Assembly (NCBI RefSeq): GCF_028368995.1
Contig: NZ_JAQNDL010000003.1
Coordinates: 2,944,001-3,008,000 of the forward strand
Reading direction: 5' to 3'
Length of the DNA stretch: 64,000 bases
DNA from: Nannocystis bainbridge
Lineage (GTDB): Bacteria; Myxococcota_A; Polyangia; Nannocystales; Nannocystaceae
Shown here: positions 54,300 to 64,000 of the stretch, piece by piece
Position numbering within the stretch: position 1 is the first letter of the stretch
Layout of the letters: the number at the start of each line of letters is the position of its first letter
The notes under the pieces: model-generated
The model's database searches: none
Told to the model about the DNA's origin: nothing
Seen by the model: only the letters and a program-made list of their open reading frames with translations
Translations under genes and position numbers: made by a program

Positions 54300-54531
54300 G
54301 ATGGCTTCGTTCCTCTTTGCTCTCAGCGGTGCATCGTAGCCGATGTTTCGCTGACCACGCACCTCCGCGTTCGCCTGGGTGAGACCTGGCGCCGACCGCC
54401 GTTTCGTGGCCCTGGGCCGGCAGTTCTACGGTGACTACATTTCGACCCTGGGTATCTAGCGCTTGACACCGGGAGCGCGAGCGCCGGTTCGCATCGTCGC
54501 TGTCGCGCGCCCTTTCCAGGAGTTCATTTTC

Positions 54532-55200
54532 ATGCGCTCAAACGCCCTTGTCTCACTCTCCATGGTGCTCGCTTTCGCCGCGTGCAACGAACAGGAGCCC
54601 GCGACCTCGGCCACCGACAGCACCACCAACGGCACCACGACGGCGCCGGCGACGGCGACGGAGACGCCAGGGACGAGCACGACGACCACCACCGGGGAGG
54701 ACGCCACGACCACCACCGGGACCGCCACCGAGGCGCTCCCGACCACCGGACCGACGCCGACCACCGGCACGACCGTCGAGGAGACGACGACCTCGACGAC
54801 CACGACGACCTCCACGACCACCACCGGCGAGCCCGAAACGGGCGCCACGACGATGACGGTGATCCCCTCGACCGGGCCCTACGAGAGCTGCAGCATCGCC
54901 AACAACGTCGAGTGTGACGGCGACGCCGCCTGCGTCGATTCGACCAGCACCACCGGCAAGGTCAAGGGCTCGTTCTGCGCCCCGAAGTGCATGGGCACGT
55001 GCCCGAAGCCCGACGGCCTCCCCGCCAGCGTCCAGGCGATCTGCGCCTTCGACACCGACATGGACCAGCAGGCCGACATCTGCGCGCTGCTGTGCATGAT
55101 GGCCAACGACGACTGCCCCGAGGGCTCGGCGTGCGAGGACATCGGCATCCCCGAGATGCAGATGATGAAGTTCGGCGTATGCACGTACCCGCCAGGCTGA
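54532..55200 (+). CDS. Thr-rich, Cys-rich lipoprotein
   Basis: AGGAG RBS, FAAC lipobox, poly-Thr stalk, Cys-rich head. Confidence 0.85.
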   Translation: MRSNALVSLSMVLAFAACNEQEPATSATDSTTNGTTTAPATATETPGTSTTTTTGEDATTTTGTATEALPTTGPTPTTGTTVEETTTSTTTTTSTTTTGEPETGATTMTVIPSTGPYESCSIANNVECDGDAACVDSTSTTGKVKGSFCAPKCMGTCPKPDGLPASVQAICAFDTDMDQQADICALLCMMANDDCPEGSACEDIGIPEMQMMKFGVCTYPPG

Positions 55201-55216
55201 CGGGCCGGCGCGTCGC

Positions 55217-55549
55217 TCAGGCCGCCGCGGTCGCGGCCTTGAGCACGCCCTCGAGCTCGCCGTTGGCGTCCATCTCGCGGACGATGTCGCAACCACCGAC
55301 GAACTCGCCGCCGACGTAGAGCTGCGGGATGGTCGGCCAGCTGGCGAACTGCTTGACGCCCTCGCGCACGGCCGGGTCGGACAGCACGTTGAAGGTCTCG
55401 AACGGCACCGCGTGCTTCTTGAGGATCTCGACCACCATCGCCGAGAAGCCGCACTGCGGGAAGCTCTTGTTGCCCTTCATGAAGAGCATGACCTTGTTGT
55501 TGGCGACAAGGTGGGCGATGAACTTCTGGACGTCCTCGTGGGCTTGCAT
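55217..55549 (-). CDS. grxD: Monothiol glutaredoxin (Grx4)
   Basis: FMKG..FPQCGFS, WPTIPQLY, GGCD motifs. Confidence 0.95.
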   Translation of the reverse strand: MQAHEDVQKFIAHLVANNKVMLFMKGNKSFPQCGFSAMVVEILKKHAVPFETFNVLSDPAVREGVKQFASWPTIPQLYVGGEFVGGCDIVREMDANGELEGVLKAATAAA

Positions 55550-55565
55550 CGGTGGGGTCTCGCAA

Positions 55566-55747
55566 TCAGGTCCGAAGGACCGTGAAGTGGCTCAGGTCCG
55601 AAGGACCGTGAAGTGGCTCAGGTCCGGGGGACCGTGGATTCGCTCAGGTCCGAAGGACCGTGGATTCGCTCAGGTCCGAAGGACCGTGGAGTGGCTCAGG
55701 TCCGAAGGACCGTGGAGTGGCTCAGGTCCGAAGGACCGTGGAGTGGT
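55566..55747. repeat. 26-bp tandem repeat, 7 copies, with GGTCC-GAA-GGACC hairpin core
   Basis: Units tcaggtccgaaggaccgtg(a/g)a(gtg/ttc)gc starting at 55566, 55592, 55618, 55644, 55670, 55696, 55722. Confidence 0.95.
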
Positions 55748-55932
55748 GAATTGGCCAGGAGGGTCGCGGCCCGTGCGGGGGGTGGTCCCGCGGGCCGGCC
55801 GTCGCGCGCATTCGATCGCCGGGGCCGGCCGGTCGCGGCGTTAGATACACGCTGGCCCGCACCCCAGCAAGGCGCCGTGAACGCCCTTCTTGCGGAAGGT
55901 CGCCCGCTCGGGTCATAACCACTACCGCTCGC

Positions 55933-56769
55933 ATGGCGCCGCGGACCCTGCCCTCGCCCCAGTGCTCACGTCGGACCTGGTTGCACGGCCTCGCCGCCGC
56001 CGCCGGGGCCGCACTCCTGCCCAGGCCGGCGCGCGCGGACGAGTCCGCCGCCGAGTCGCCGCCCAAGCGCATTCTCATCGTCGGCGACAGCATGATCGCC
56101 GGCGGCGTCGGCCTGTTCCTCGAGAACGGCCTGCGTGACGAGCACAGCTATGTGGTCCGGCGCAAGGGCAAGAGCAGCACCGGCCTGGCCCGGCCCGACT
56201 TCTTCGCCTGGCCCAAGGAGGCGAAGAAGCAGGTCGACGAGTTCGCGCCCGACGCCGCGGTGGTGATGTTCGGCGGCAACGACGTGCAGGGCCTGCGCAT
56301 GCCGGACAAGGGCTGGATCACCTGGCCCGAGCCGGAGTGGCCGGAGGAGTACGCGCGGCGCGTCAATGACTTCGCCGACATCGTCGCCGCCGACGGCCGG
56401 CCGTTGTTCTGGATCGGCATGCCGGTGATGCGGCCGGAGAAGTTTCACGTGCGGGTCCAGCGGGTCAACACGATCTACCGGGCCGAGATGGCGATCCGCC
56501 CGAACGCGCACTTCATCGACATCTGGCGGCTCCTGGCCGACGCCAAGGGCGGCTACACCGACCGGCTCGACGCCGACGGCGAGCCCGGGGGCAAGACGAT
56601 CCGGGTCCGCGCGGGCGACGGGATCCACCTGAGCGTCGCTGGCGCCCACCGCGTCGAGGCGCATGTGCGGGCCTTCGTCCACGCGGTGCTGTCCGGGTCC
56701 CAGCCGGACACTTCGGCCGACCTCGCGGTCGCGGGTGCGCCAGCGGTCGCGCCCACGCCTGCAGGCTGA
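55933..56769 (+). CDS. SGNH/GDSL hydrolase (DUF459-like) with Tat-like signal
   Basis: SRRTWL, IVGDS, STGLARPDFFAW, GGND, DGIH motifs. Confidence 0.88.
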   Translation: MAPRTLPSPQCSRRTWLHGLAAAAGAALLPRPARADESAAESPPKRILIVGDSMIAGGVGLFLENGLRDEHSYVVRRKGKSSTGLARPDFFAWPKEAKKQVDEFAPDAAVVMFGGNDVQGLRMPDKGWITWPEPEWPEEYARRVNDFADIVAADGRPLFWIGMPVMRPEKFHVRVQRVNTIYRAEMAIRPNAHFIDIWRLLADAKGGYTDRLDADGEPGGKTIRVRAGDGIHLSVAGAHRVEAHVRAFVHAVLSGSQPDTSADLAVAGAPAVAPTPAG

Positions 56770-56924
56770 TACCGGCGGGCCTTTCGCGGCCGACAGCCGT
56801 GCGCCGCCCGGTCGGGCGCGAACGCGGCGTGGCAAATTTCGACGGGCAAACTCACCTCCGCCATGCGAGGCGATGCACATGCACCTCGCGCGCGGCCGGC
56901 CGCTTGGGGCAACATAGCTCGCCC

Positions 56925-59411
56925 GTGAGCGAGGCCCCGCACAAGCGCCTGCGTGACCGGTGGATCGCGTGGGTCCTCGTGCAGCACCGCCTGGTGCTCG
57001 CGCTGGCGCTGCTCCTCACCGTCGTCTCTGCCTACCTTTCGTCGCTGCTGCGCATCGACAGCGACCTGCGTTCGCTGTTGCCCGTGGACCACCCCGTCCT
57101 CGCCAGCATCGACCGCATCGAGACTTCGTTCGGCGCGCTCGGCAGCGTCAACGTCGTGCTCAAGGAGGGCTCGCCCGAGCAGCGCCACGCGCTCGCCGAC
57201 GCCATCGCCGAGCGCGCCGCCCAGAGCCCGCTGGTGCGCGACGTCGAGTACCGCCTGCGCAGCGATTTCTTCGCCGAGCACGCGCTCTACTACCTTGCCG
57301 ACGCCGAGATGGAGGCGCTCGACGAGCACTTCCAGGCGTGGACGCACTACGAGCTGTGCCGCGCCGAGCCCGACGTCTGCCTCGACCAGCCCGACCCCGA
57401 GGCGCCCAAGGCCCTGCGCACCTTCATCCGCAGCAAGCAGGACGCGGCGCTGGCTCGCACCAGCTTCCAGGACTACTTCGAGCGCGACGAGATCTCCGCG
57501 CTGGTGCTGCTGATCCACCCGACCCAGCCGTCGAGCGACCTCGACTTCGCCGCGGCGGTGTCGAACCAGATCCGCGCCGACGTGGCCGCGGTGGTGAGCC
57601 AGCCCGGCACGCCGTGGGCCGACTCGGGGATCCACTACAGCGTCGTCGGCCCGTACACGATCAAGGCCGAGGAGCGCGAGACGATCCAGCGCGACATGCT
57701 GCGCAGCGGCGCGTTCGGGGTCCTCGGCGTCATCGTGATCCTGTACCTGCTGTTCCGCTCGGGCCGCGCGGTGCTGACGCTGCTGGTGCCGCTGGTGTGC
57801 GGCGTGACGTGGTCGATGGCGGTGACGGAGATCGTGCTCGGCCGCCTCAACGCGATCACCAGCCTGATCTCGACGGTGGTGGTCGGCATGGGCATCGACG
57901 CCGGCATCCACATCCTCGTGCGCGTGCGCGAGGAGCAGGGCCGCGGCAGCGACCGCGAGGCGCTCGCCCGCGCCTTCGGCAACGTGATCGGCCCGCTGCT
58001 GATCGCCTCGGCGACCACGCTCGGCGCGTTCGCGGTGATGGCGAGCTCGGTGTTCCCGGCGTTCCAGGAGTTCGGCCTGATCGCCGGCTTCGGCGTGGCG
58101 CTGTGCCTGCTGGCGATGGTCACGGTCTACCCCGCGATCCTCTGCCTCGTCGGCGTCAAGCGGGTCGGCGAGCCCGAGGCCGGGCGGCCGCGGCCGCGGC
58201 TGCTGACGCGCGTGGTGCTGGCGCGCCCGGGGCTGATGCTCGGGCTGGTGGCGGCGCTGACCGTCGGCGCGGCCGTGTTCGCGCCGCGGGCCGAGTTCGA
58301 GAACTCGACCCGCGAGCTGCAGTCGGCCCGCACCCGCGCGCTCTACAAGCCCGAGGTGTTCCTCATCAGCAAGATCTTCGGCAAGGACATCCACGCCGGG
58401 GTGCTGGTGGTCTCGACGCTCGACCAGGCGCGCGCGGTGCTGAACCAGGCCCGCGCGGTGCAGGCCGAGCGCATGACCGATGGGACAGGTACCGTCGTCG
58501 CCGAGCTGCTCGGCGCGCCCGACCTGTTGCCCGATCCGTCGATCGACCCGGCCAAGCGCAAGGAGACGATCACGGTGATGACGGCCGACATCCCCGAGCG
58601 CACGTGGAAGCGGCTCGAGGAGCGCGCGGCCGGCACGGGCGAGGACGCCGAAGAGGGCCTGGCGCCCGAGGACGCGCGTCGGCTGCAGAACATGCTCAAG
58701 GCGGAGCCGGTGACGGTCGAGCGCCTGCCGCCGGCGATCCGCGACAAGGTGTTCAGCCCGGACGGCCGCTTCGCGGTCTACGCCTACCCGAACTTCGACG
58801 CGGCCGACATCTCCATGGGCCTCCAGTTCATGGAGGAGACGGCCAAGTACACCGAGGGCGTCGAGGGCCTGCAGTCGGACGACGCGCTGTTCGTCGGCGA
58901 GACCACGGTCTACGCGCTGATGTATCAGCTGATGCAGTCGGAGGCGCCGACGGTGCTGGCGATGGCGCTGCTGCTGGTCGCGGTGATCGTGGTGGCGCAG
59001 ATCCGTTCGCTGCCGCGCACGCTGCTGACGCTGGCGCCGCTGCTGCTCGGCATGCTGTGGCTGGTCGGCCTGATGGCGGCGGCGGGCGTGCGCTTCACCC
59101 TGTTCAACATCCCGATCTTGCCGGCGATCCTCGGCATCGGCGTCGACAACGGGGTGTACTTGACCGACCGGATCCGCCACATGCGCGACCAGGCCGGCGG
59201 GATCGCCCACGCGCTCGGCGAGACCGGCGCGGCGATCGGCGCGGCCACTGCGACCACGGCGATGGGCTTCGGCGCGTTCTGCATCGCCGACTCCGGCGGC
59301 CTGCGCGGGATCGGCGTGCTCGCGGTGTTCGGCATCGGCATCGCCGCCGTGACCGCGATCCTGGTGCTGCCGAGCGTGGCCGCGATCGCGGCCCGCCGGC
59401 GCAAGCGGTAG
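56925..59411 (+). CDS. MMPL/RND superfamily transporter
   Basis: Two TM bundles with GMGIDAGIH and GIGVDNGVY motifs. Confidence 0.9.
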   Translation: MSEAPHKRLRDRWIAWVLVQHRLVLALALLLTVVSAYLSSLLRIDSDLRSLLPVDHPVLASIDRIETSFGALGSVNVVLKEGSPEQRHALADAIAERAAQSPLVRDVEYRLRSDFFAEHALYYLADAEMEALDEHFQAWTHYELCRAEPDVCLDQPDPEAPKALRTFIRSKQDAALARTSFQDYFERDEISALVLLIHPTQPSSDLDFAAAVSNQIRADVAAVVSQPGTPWADSGIHYSVVGPYTIKAEERETIQRDMLRSGAFGVLGVIVILYLLFRSGRAVLTLLVPLVCGVTWSMAVTEIVLGRLNAITSLISTVVVGMGIDAGIHILVRVREEQGRGSDREALARAFGNVIGPLLIASATTLGAFAVMASSVFPAFQEFGLIAGFGVALCLLAMVTVYPAILCLVGVKRVGEPEAGRPRPRLLTRVVLARPGLMLGLVAALTVGAAVFAPRAEFENSTRELQSARTRALYKPEVFLISKIFGKDIHAGVLVVSTLDQARAVLNQARAVQAERMTDGTGTVVAELLGAPDLLPDPSIDPAKRKETITVMTADIPERTWKRLEERAAGTGEDAEEGLAPEDARRLQNMLKAEPVTVERLPPAIRDKVFSPDGRFAVYAYPNFDAADISMGLQFMEETAKYTEGVEGLQSDDALFVGETTVYALMYQLMQSEAPTVLAMALLLVAVIVVAQIRSLPRTLLTLAPLLLGMLWLVGLMAAAGVRFTLFNIPILPAILGIGVDNGVYLTDRIRHMRDQAGGIAHALGETGAAIGAATATTAMGFGAFCIADSGGLRGIGVLAVFGIGIAAVTAILVLPSVAAIAARRRKR

Positions 59412-59427
59412 TCGTTTTCGCCTTCAA

Positions 59428-59465
59428 GGACATGTCGCTCGGGACATGTCCTTCGAGACATTTTC
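59428..59465. repeat. 14-bp-phased palindrome array (3 units)
   Basis: Cores at 59431, 59445, 59459. Confidence 0.8.
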
Positions 59466-59517
59466 CATGGCTGGCCCACGGGTGGCGCGAGGTCGCGCGA
59501 GCTGGTAGCGTGCGTGC

Positions 59518-61854
59518 GTGACTGCGCCGAGCGAGCGAGGGTCCGAGCTGCGGGGCGCGGCCGCGTTCGTCGCCGCGGCGGCGCTGCTGGCGGGGGCGCT
59601 CGCGCTGGTGCAGGTGCGGCTCGAGCCGCCGCCAGCGCTCGGCGAAGATGTCCCCGAGGACATGTTCTCCGCGACACGAGCGCTCGCGCGGCTGGAGCGG
59701 CTCATCGGCGACGACCTGCCCCACCCGGTCGGCTCGGCCGCGGCGGTGGGCCTGCGCGCGCGCATGCTGGCCGAGTTCGCGGCCCTGGGGATCGACGCGG
59801 AGGTCCAGGAGGGCTTCGCCTGCGGTCCGCGCAGCGCCGGCTGCGGGCGGGTGTGGAACGTGGTCGCGGCGCTGCCGGGGATCGAGGACGGGCCGGCGCT
59901 ATTGGTCTCGGCGCACCACGACTCGGTCGCGGCCGGGCCCGGCGCCGGTGACGACGGCGCCGGCGTGGCGGCCGTGTTCGAGGTGGCGCGGGCGCTGCTC
60001 GCCGGCCCGCGGTCGCGCAACCCGATCGTGTTCGTGCTGGTCGACGGCGAGGAGTCGGGCCTGCTCGGCGCGCAGGCGTTCGTCGACGCCCACCCGCGCG
60101 CGGCCTCGATCGGCGCCGTCATCAACCTCGACGCCGGCGGCACGCGCGGCGTCACCTCGCTGACGCGCACGACCGCGAACGACGATGGCCTGGTCGCGGC
60201 GGTCGCCGAGGCGGTGCCGCGGCCCTACGGCGCCAGCGTGATCGGGGCCGTCTACGGGCTCACGCCCTACGACACCGACTTCACCGTCTACAAGAACGCG
60301 GGCTGGCCGGCGCTCGACTTCGGCTTCGGCGAGGACAAGGCCCACTACCACACCCCGCTCGATCGCCTGGACAACCTCGACGCGGCGAGCGTGCAGCACC
60401 TCGGCGACACCGCGCTCGCGGCCGTGCGCGCGCTGGCCGGGGCCGACCTCGCGGCCCTGCCCGGGCGCTCGCGGGTGTACGTCGACGCGCTCGGGGCCCG
60501 CATGCTGCACCTGCGCACGCTGTGGATCCCCGGGCTCGCCGCGCTCGCGCTCGGGCTGCTCGTACCGGTCGCGCGTCGGCTCGCGCGCGAGTCCGGCGGC
60601 GATCGTCGCTCGTGGCTCCGGCGCGGGCTCGGCTTCGCGGCGCTGGTCGGGCTGCCGGCGGCGATCGGCGCCGGGTGGATGGCGGCGATCGCCTGGCTCA
60701 CCGCGGCCGAGGTCGCCGGCCACGCGGCCCCGCTGCCGGCCCGCGTCGCGCTGTGGACGATCGTGCTGGCGACCGGCGGCGCGCTGGTCGGGCCGCTGGC
60801 GCGCGCCGACGCGGCCGCGCGCGCGTGGCTGTGGCTCGGGCCGTGGCTGTGGCTGGCGGCGATCGCCGCGATCACGGCGGTCGCGCTGCCGGGCGCGAGC
60901 GTCGGCGTGCTGCCGCCGGCGCTGGTCGCCGGCATGCTGGCGTTTTGGACATGTTTCTTGGGCAATGCTCGTAAGAGCATGTCGTGGAGGACATGGCCCT
61001 CGGGACCTGTGATCCTCCTCGGCCTGGCGCTGCCGGCGCTGATGTGGCTGCAGGCGGCGGTGCGGGTCGAGGCGGTGTTCGGCCTCGAACCGGCGGCGGC
61101 CGGGGTGCTGGCGCTGCTGGCCTCGCTGCTGGCGCCGCTGTGGCACGGGCTCGGGCGCCTGCGCCGGCCGCTCGTGCTGGCCCTCGCGGTCGCCTGCGCC
61201 GTCGCCACGGCGATCGCCGTCACCTCGCCGGCGTACAGCGAGGCGCGGCCGCGGCGCCTGAGCCTGCTGTATCACCTCGACGCCGACAGCGGCGCGGGGC
61301 GGTGGATCGTCGGCGCGGACGCGCCGCTGCCGGCCGCGCTGCAGGCGGCCGCGGCGTTCGGCCCGGCCGGGCCGGCGTTCGCGTGGGACAGCGACGCTTC
61401 GCCCAGCTTCGTCGCCCCGGACGGTTCGTCGCCGCCCGGGCTGTCGCCGCCGACAGTCGAGCCCGAGGCGGACCCGGAGCCGCCACCGGGCGCGGGTCGG
61501 CGGGTGGTGGTGCGCGTGCGGTCGACCCGCGGCGCGCGGGTGATGGCGATGTTCGTGCCCGCGGCCGCGGGGCTGCGCAGCGTGGCGATGAACGGGGTGG
61601 TCCTGCCGCCCTACCCGGAGCACCGGCGCAAATACGTCGAGGGCGGCGAGGTCTACGGGATCGTCGCGCCGCCGCCGGAGGGCGTGGTAGTGACGCTCGA
61701 GCTGGACAGCGCCGCCGCGGTCGAGGCTGTCGTTTGGGACCTCTCGGAGGGGTTGCCCGCGGCGGGTGACGCGCTGAAGGCGGCGCGCCCGACCTGGGCC
61801 GTGCCCTCGCACGGCGGCGACCGGACCATGGTCTCGCGCCAGATCTCGCTATGA
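59518..61854 (+). CDS. M28 family peptidase with C-terminal membrane domain
   Basis: SAHHDS, GAGDDGAG, DGEESGL, NLDA, TDF, YHT motifs; multiple TM segments. Confidence 0.92.
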   Translation: MTAPSERGSELRGAAAFVAAAALLAGALALVQVRLEPPPALGEDVPEDMFSATRALARLERLIGDDLPHPVGSAAAVGLRARMLAEFAALGIDAEVQEGFACGPRSAGCGRVWNVVAALPGIEDGPALLVSAHHDSVAAGPGAGDDGAGVAAVFEVARALLAGPRSRNPIVFVLVDGEESGLLGAQAFVDAHPRAASIGAVINLDAGGTRGVTSLTRTTANDDGLVAAVAEAVPRPYGASVIGAVYGLTPYDTDFTVYKNAGWPALDFGFGEDKAHYHTPLDRLDNLDAASVQHLGDTALAAVRALAGADLAALPGRSRVYVDALGARMLHLRTLWIPGLAALALGLLVPVARRLARESGGDRRSWLRRGLGFAALVGLPAAIGAGWMAAIAWLTAAEVAGHAAPLPARVALWTIVLATGGALVGPLARADAAARAWLWLGPWLWLAAIAAITAVALPGASVGVLPPALVAGMLAFWTCFLGNARKSMSWRTWPSGPVILLGLALPALMWLQAAVRVEAVFGLEPAAAGVLALLASLLAPLWHGLGRLRRPLVLALAVACAVATAIAVTSPAYSEARPRRLSLLYHLDADSGAGRWIVGADAPLPAALQAAAAFGPAGPAFAWDSDASPSFVAPDGSSPPGLSPPTVEPEADPEPPPGAGRRVVVRVRSTRGARVMAMFVPAAAGLRSVAMNGVVLPPYPEHRRKYVEGGEVYGIVAPPPEGVVVTLELDSAAAVEAVVWDLSEGLPAAGDALKAARPTWAVPSHGGDRTMVSRQISL
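60947..61012. repeat. 14-bp-phased palindrome array (5 units) inside the M28 peptidase CDS
   Basis: Cores at 60950, 60964, 60978, 60992, 61006. Confidence 0.8.
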
Positions 61855-62168
61855 CGGCCTGGGCGCAGTTCCGTCCACATGGCCGCAGATGGGCCGAAGC
61901 ACCGGCGACAGCCGGTCCGAGGTCGTCGCCGCCGCCCGGGTTGCGGGCGCGCGAGACCCGAGGCCGGCGAGGCACGAAGCCCTGGCCCGCGCGCCTGCCG
62001 GGCCGCGTCGGCGAGCTCACCCGCGGCGCGAAGCTGCCCGGTTTTGTCGCCCTCCGCACGTCCGGCGGCGACGCCCGGCGACATTTGCTATGGTGAACCG
62101 GAAGGCGGCTGGCCGCGCGAGCGACGGGCCGTGACAACCCTTCACGACGGACTACTCTGGCTCCACTC

Positions 62169-62957
62169 ATGAACCGCCTCCGGCCCACCAAAGGGCGCCG
62201 GCCCTTCGGCACCCCGCGTCGCCTGCGCCCCGACCTCGCGCGTGACGGCGTGCTCGAGGCCGATCGCGAGGCCCCGGAGACGCAAGCGCTGGTGCGCCGC
62301 GGGGTCGGTTGGGACCAGTCGGCGGCGCTCGAGACGACCCCGTTCCGCGAGACGGACCCGCTCGATTCGCCGCTGTCGTCGCGGATCTTGAGCCTGCTTT
62401 CCGACCCGCGGATCGATTTCCTGACGGTGGCCTCGGCCGCGGACGCGCTCGGCTCGCCGCGCCAGGACGTCGAGAACGCGCTCGAGGCGATGCGCCAGGC
62501 CGGCGTGCTGCTGGCGATCGGCGGCGGCTCGGTGGTCCGCTACGGGGTCACGCCCGAGACGAAGGGCGAGCTCGAGGCCGAGTTCCGCGCCGCCGCGCAG
62601 GAGCTCGGCGAGCACGCGCTGCTGGCTCGCCTGTCGACCGAGTCGGCCATGGTGCCGTTCGAGGACGAGGAGCCGCGGCTGCCCGCGACCGCCGGCCTGC
62701 TGAGCCTGTTCCTGCCCGGCACCGGCCAGCTGCTCAACGGCGACATCGGCCGCGCCTCGCTGGTGTTCGCGGTGTGGAGCCTCGCGTGGATCACCCATCT
62801 GTCGCCGGTGTGGACCTTCGTGTGCCTGTACGCCGGCGCCGAGGCGTTCTTGACCGCGAAGATCCGCAGCATGGAGCGCAAGCTGGCCGAGGACAACCAC
62901 GCGCTGCCGCCCGCCGGCGCCGGCCCGAAGAAGCTGCCCGCGCCGCGGCCGACCTGA
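62169..62957 (+). CDS. Hypothetical protein with winged-HTH-like segment and C-terminal TM region
   Basis: LTVASAADALGSPRQDVENALEAM; LSLFLPGTGQL membrane motif. Confidence 0.75.
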   Translation: MNRLRPTKGRRPFGTPRRLRPDLARDGVLEADREAPETQALVRRGVGWDQSAALETTPFRETDPLDSPLSSRILSLLSDPRIDFLTVASAADALGSPRQDVENALEAMRQAGVLLAIGGGSVVRYGVTPETKGELEAEFRAAAQELGEHALLARLSTESAMVPFEDEEPRLPATAGLLSLFLPGTGQLLNGDIGRASLVFAVWSLAWITHLSPVWTFVCLYAGAEAFLTAKIRSMERKLAEDNHALPPAGAGPKKLPAPRPT

Positions 62958-63005
62958 GTCCGTTCGGGCAGGTCCCGGGTCGGCTTTGCATCGAGGTGTT
63001 CTTTA

Positions 63006-63071
63006 GAGCATGTCCCCGGGCACATGCTCTTTCGAGCATGCGCGAAGGGGCATGCCCTTTCGAGCATGTCC
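63006..63071. repeat. 14-bp-phased palindrome array (5 units)
   Basis: Cores at 63009, 63023, 63037, 63051, 63065; convergent junction. Confidence 0.9.
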
Positions 63072-63087
63072 CTTCGGCACGCCGCGC

Positions 63088-64000
63088 TCAGCCGTGATCG
63101 ATCGGCCCCGGCGCGACGCCGCGGGCGCGGCTCGGCAGGGTCAGCGGCACGTAGGGCAGGCGCTGGGCCGGGGTGAACTCGGCCGGCGCGTGCAGCCAGC
63201 GGTAGCTGAGCCAGCGCTCGAGCACCGACTGGGTGTAGGCGCGGGTCTCGTCGTAGGGGATGGCCTCGATGAAGAGGTCGAAGTCCCAGTCCTTGCGCTT
63301 CTCGAGCCACTTGTCGACCGCGCCGGCGCCCGCGTTGTAGCTGGGGATCGCCAGCGGCACCGCGGCCTCGTCGCCGCCGTAGCGACGGACCAGGTTGCCG
63401 AGGTAGAGCGTGCCGAGGTCGAGGTTGAGCGACGGGTCGTGGAGGCGGGCGTCGTTGAAGCTCTCGACGCCGGCCTGGCGCGCGAGGTCCTTCGCGGTCG
63501 CCGGCATCAGCTGCACGAGGCCGCGCGCGCCGGCCCACGACGTCACGCCCGGCTCGAACCGGCTCTCGGTCTGCATGATGGCGAAGGTGAGGAACCACGG
63601 GACCTGGTGGGCGCCCTCGCCGGCGCGCACGAGGTCGGAGAACGCCAGCGGGTGGGCGATCGTCCACAGCTCGCGGTTGGCGACCCCGGGCGGGCTCTGG
63701 CGCCAGCTGCTGCCGAGCGCGCCGAGCAGCCGCTGCGATTCGCCGTAGAGCCCGGCCTGGGCCAGCACCGCGGCCGCGGGCCAGCCGTCGATCTTGGCCT
63801 CGCTGAGCTCCTCGCGGGCCTCGTCGCCGAGGCCGAGGCGGGCCAGCAGCAGCGCGCGCTCGGCCGCGGGCGTGGCCGGCAGGTCGAGGCGCGGGGCGGA
63901 CTGATCGGCCGCCTTCGAGAGCGCCGCGATCCCGCGCGCGAGCGGCTCGTCGCCAGCCTCGCGCAGGCGCGACATAGCCTGAAGGCCAGGATAGCTGAGC
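63088..64000 (-). CDS. Soluble lytic transglycosylase (Slt-like), C-terminal part (gene starts beyond the window)
   Basis: IMQTESRF, GARGLVQLMPATA, SYNAG, IPYDETRAY motifs; frame open to the window end. Confidence 0.92.
   Translation of the reverse strand, partial: LSYPGLQAMSRLREAGDEPLARGIAALSKAADQSAPRLDLPATPAAERALLLARLGLGDEAREELSEAKIDGWPAAAVLAQAGLYGESQRLLGALGSSWRQSPPGVANRELWTIAHPLAFSDLVRAGEGAHQVPWFLTFAIMQTESRFEPGVTSWAGARGLVQLMPATAKDLARQAGVESFNDARLHDPSLNLDLGTLYLGNLVRRYGGDEAAVPLAIPSYNAGAGAVDKWLEKRKDWDFDLFIEAIPYDETRAYTQSVLERWLSYRWLHAPAEFTPAQRLPYVPLTLPSRARGVAPGPIDHG

Noticed and set aside
55566-55747. CRISPR array
   Set aside because: Units are contiguous with no unique spacers, and no cas genes are in the window.

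Overview
High-GC bacterial chromosomal segment, most likely from a myxobacterium of the Nannocystis type (inferred from composition, many Thr/Ser-rich and Cys-rich lipoproteins, and a Roadblock/receiver module). It holds about 60 genes: housekeeping (rluD-like, speA, ettA, rsmB, cysE, dapD, grxD, ltaE, DnaQ-like exonuclease), enzymes, transporters and secreted proteins. No rRNA, tRNA, CRISPR array or transposase was seen. The main unexplained signal is a dispersed DNA code: about 29 arrays of a 10-bp palindrome (consensus GGACATGTCC, RRRCATGYYY) repeated with a strict 14-bp period. The arrays occupy 10 of 13 convergent gene junctions and are also written inside ORFs, which suggests an undescribed protein-DNA system for chromosome organisation or transcription termination. 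Other notable items: a duplicated lipoprotein plus collagen-fibre module with divergent lectin-like tips, a two-domain toxin-like ORF with an S-HxxxE motif, a PIN two-gene islet, a receiver-DUF4388-Roadblock operon, and several intergenic tandem and inverted repeats. All family calls come from motif recognition by eye; no searches were run.
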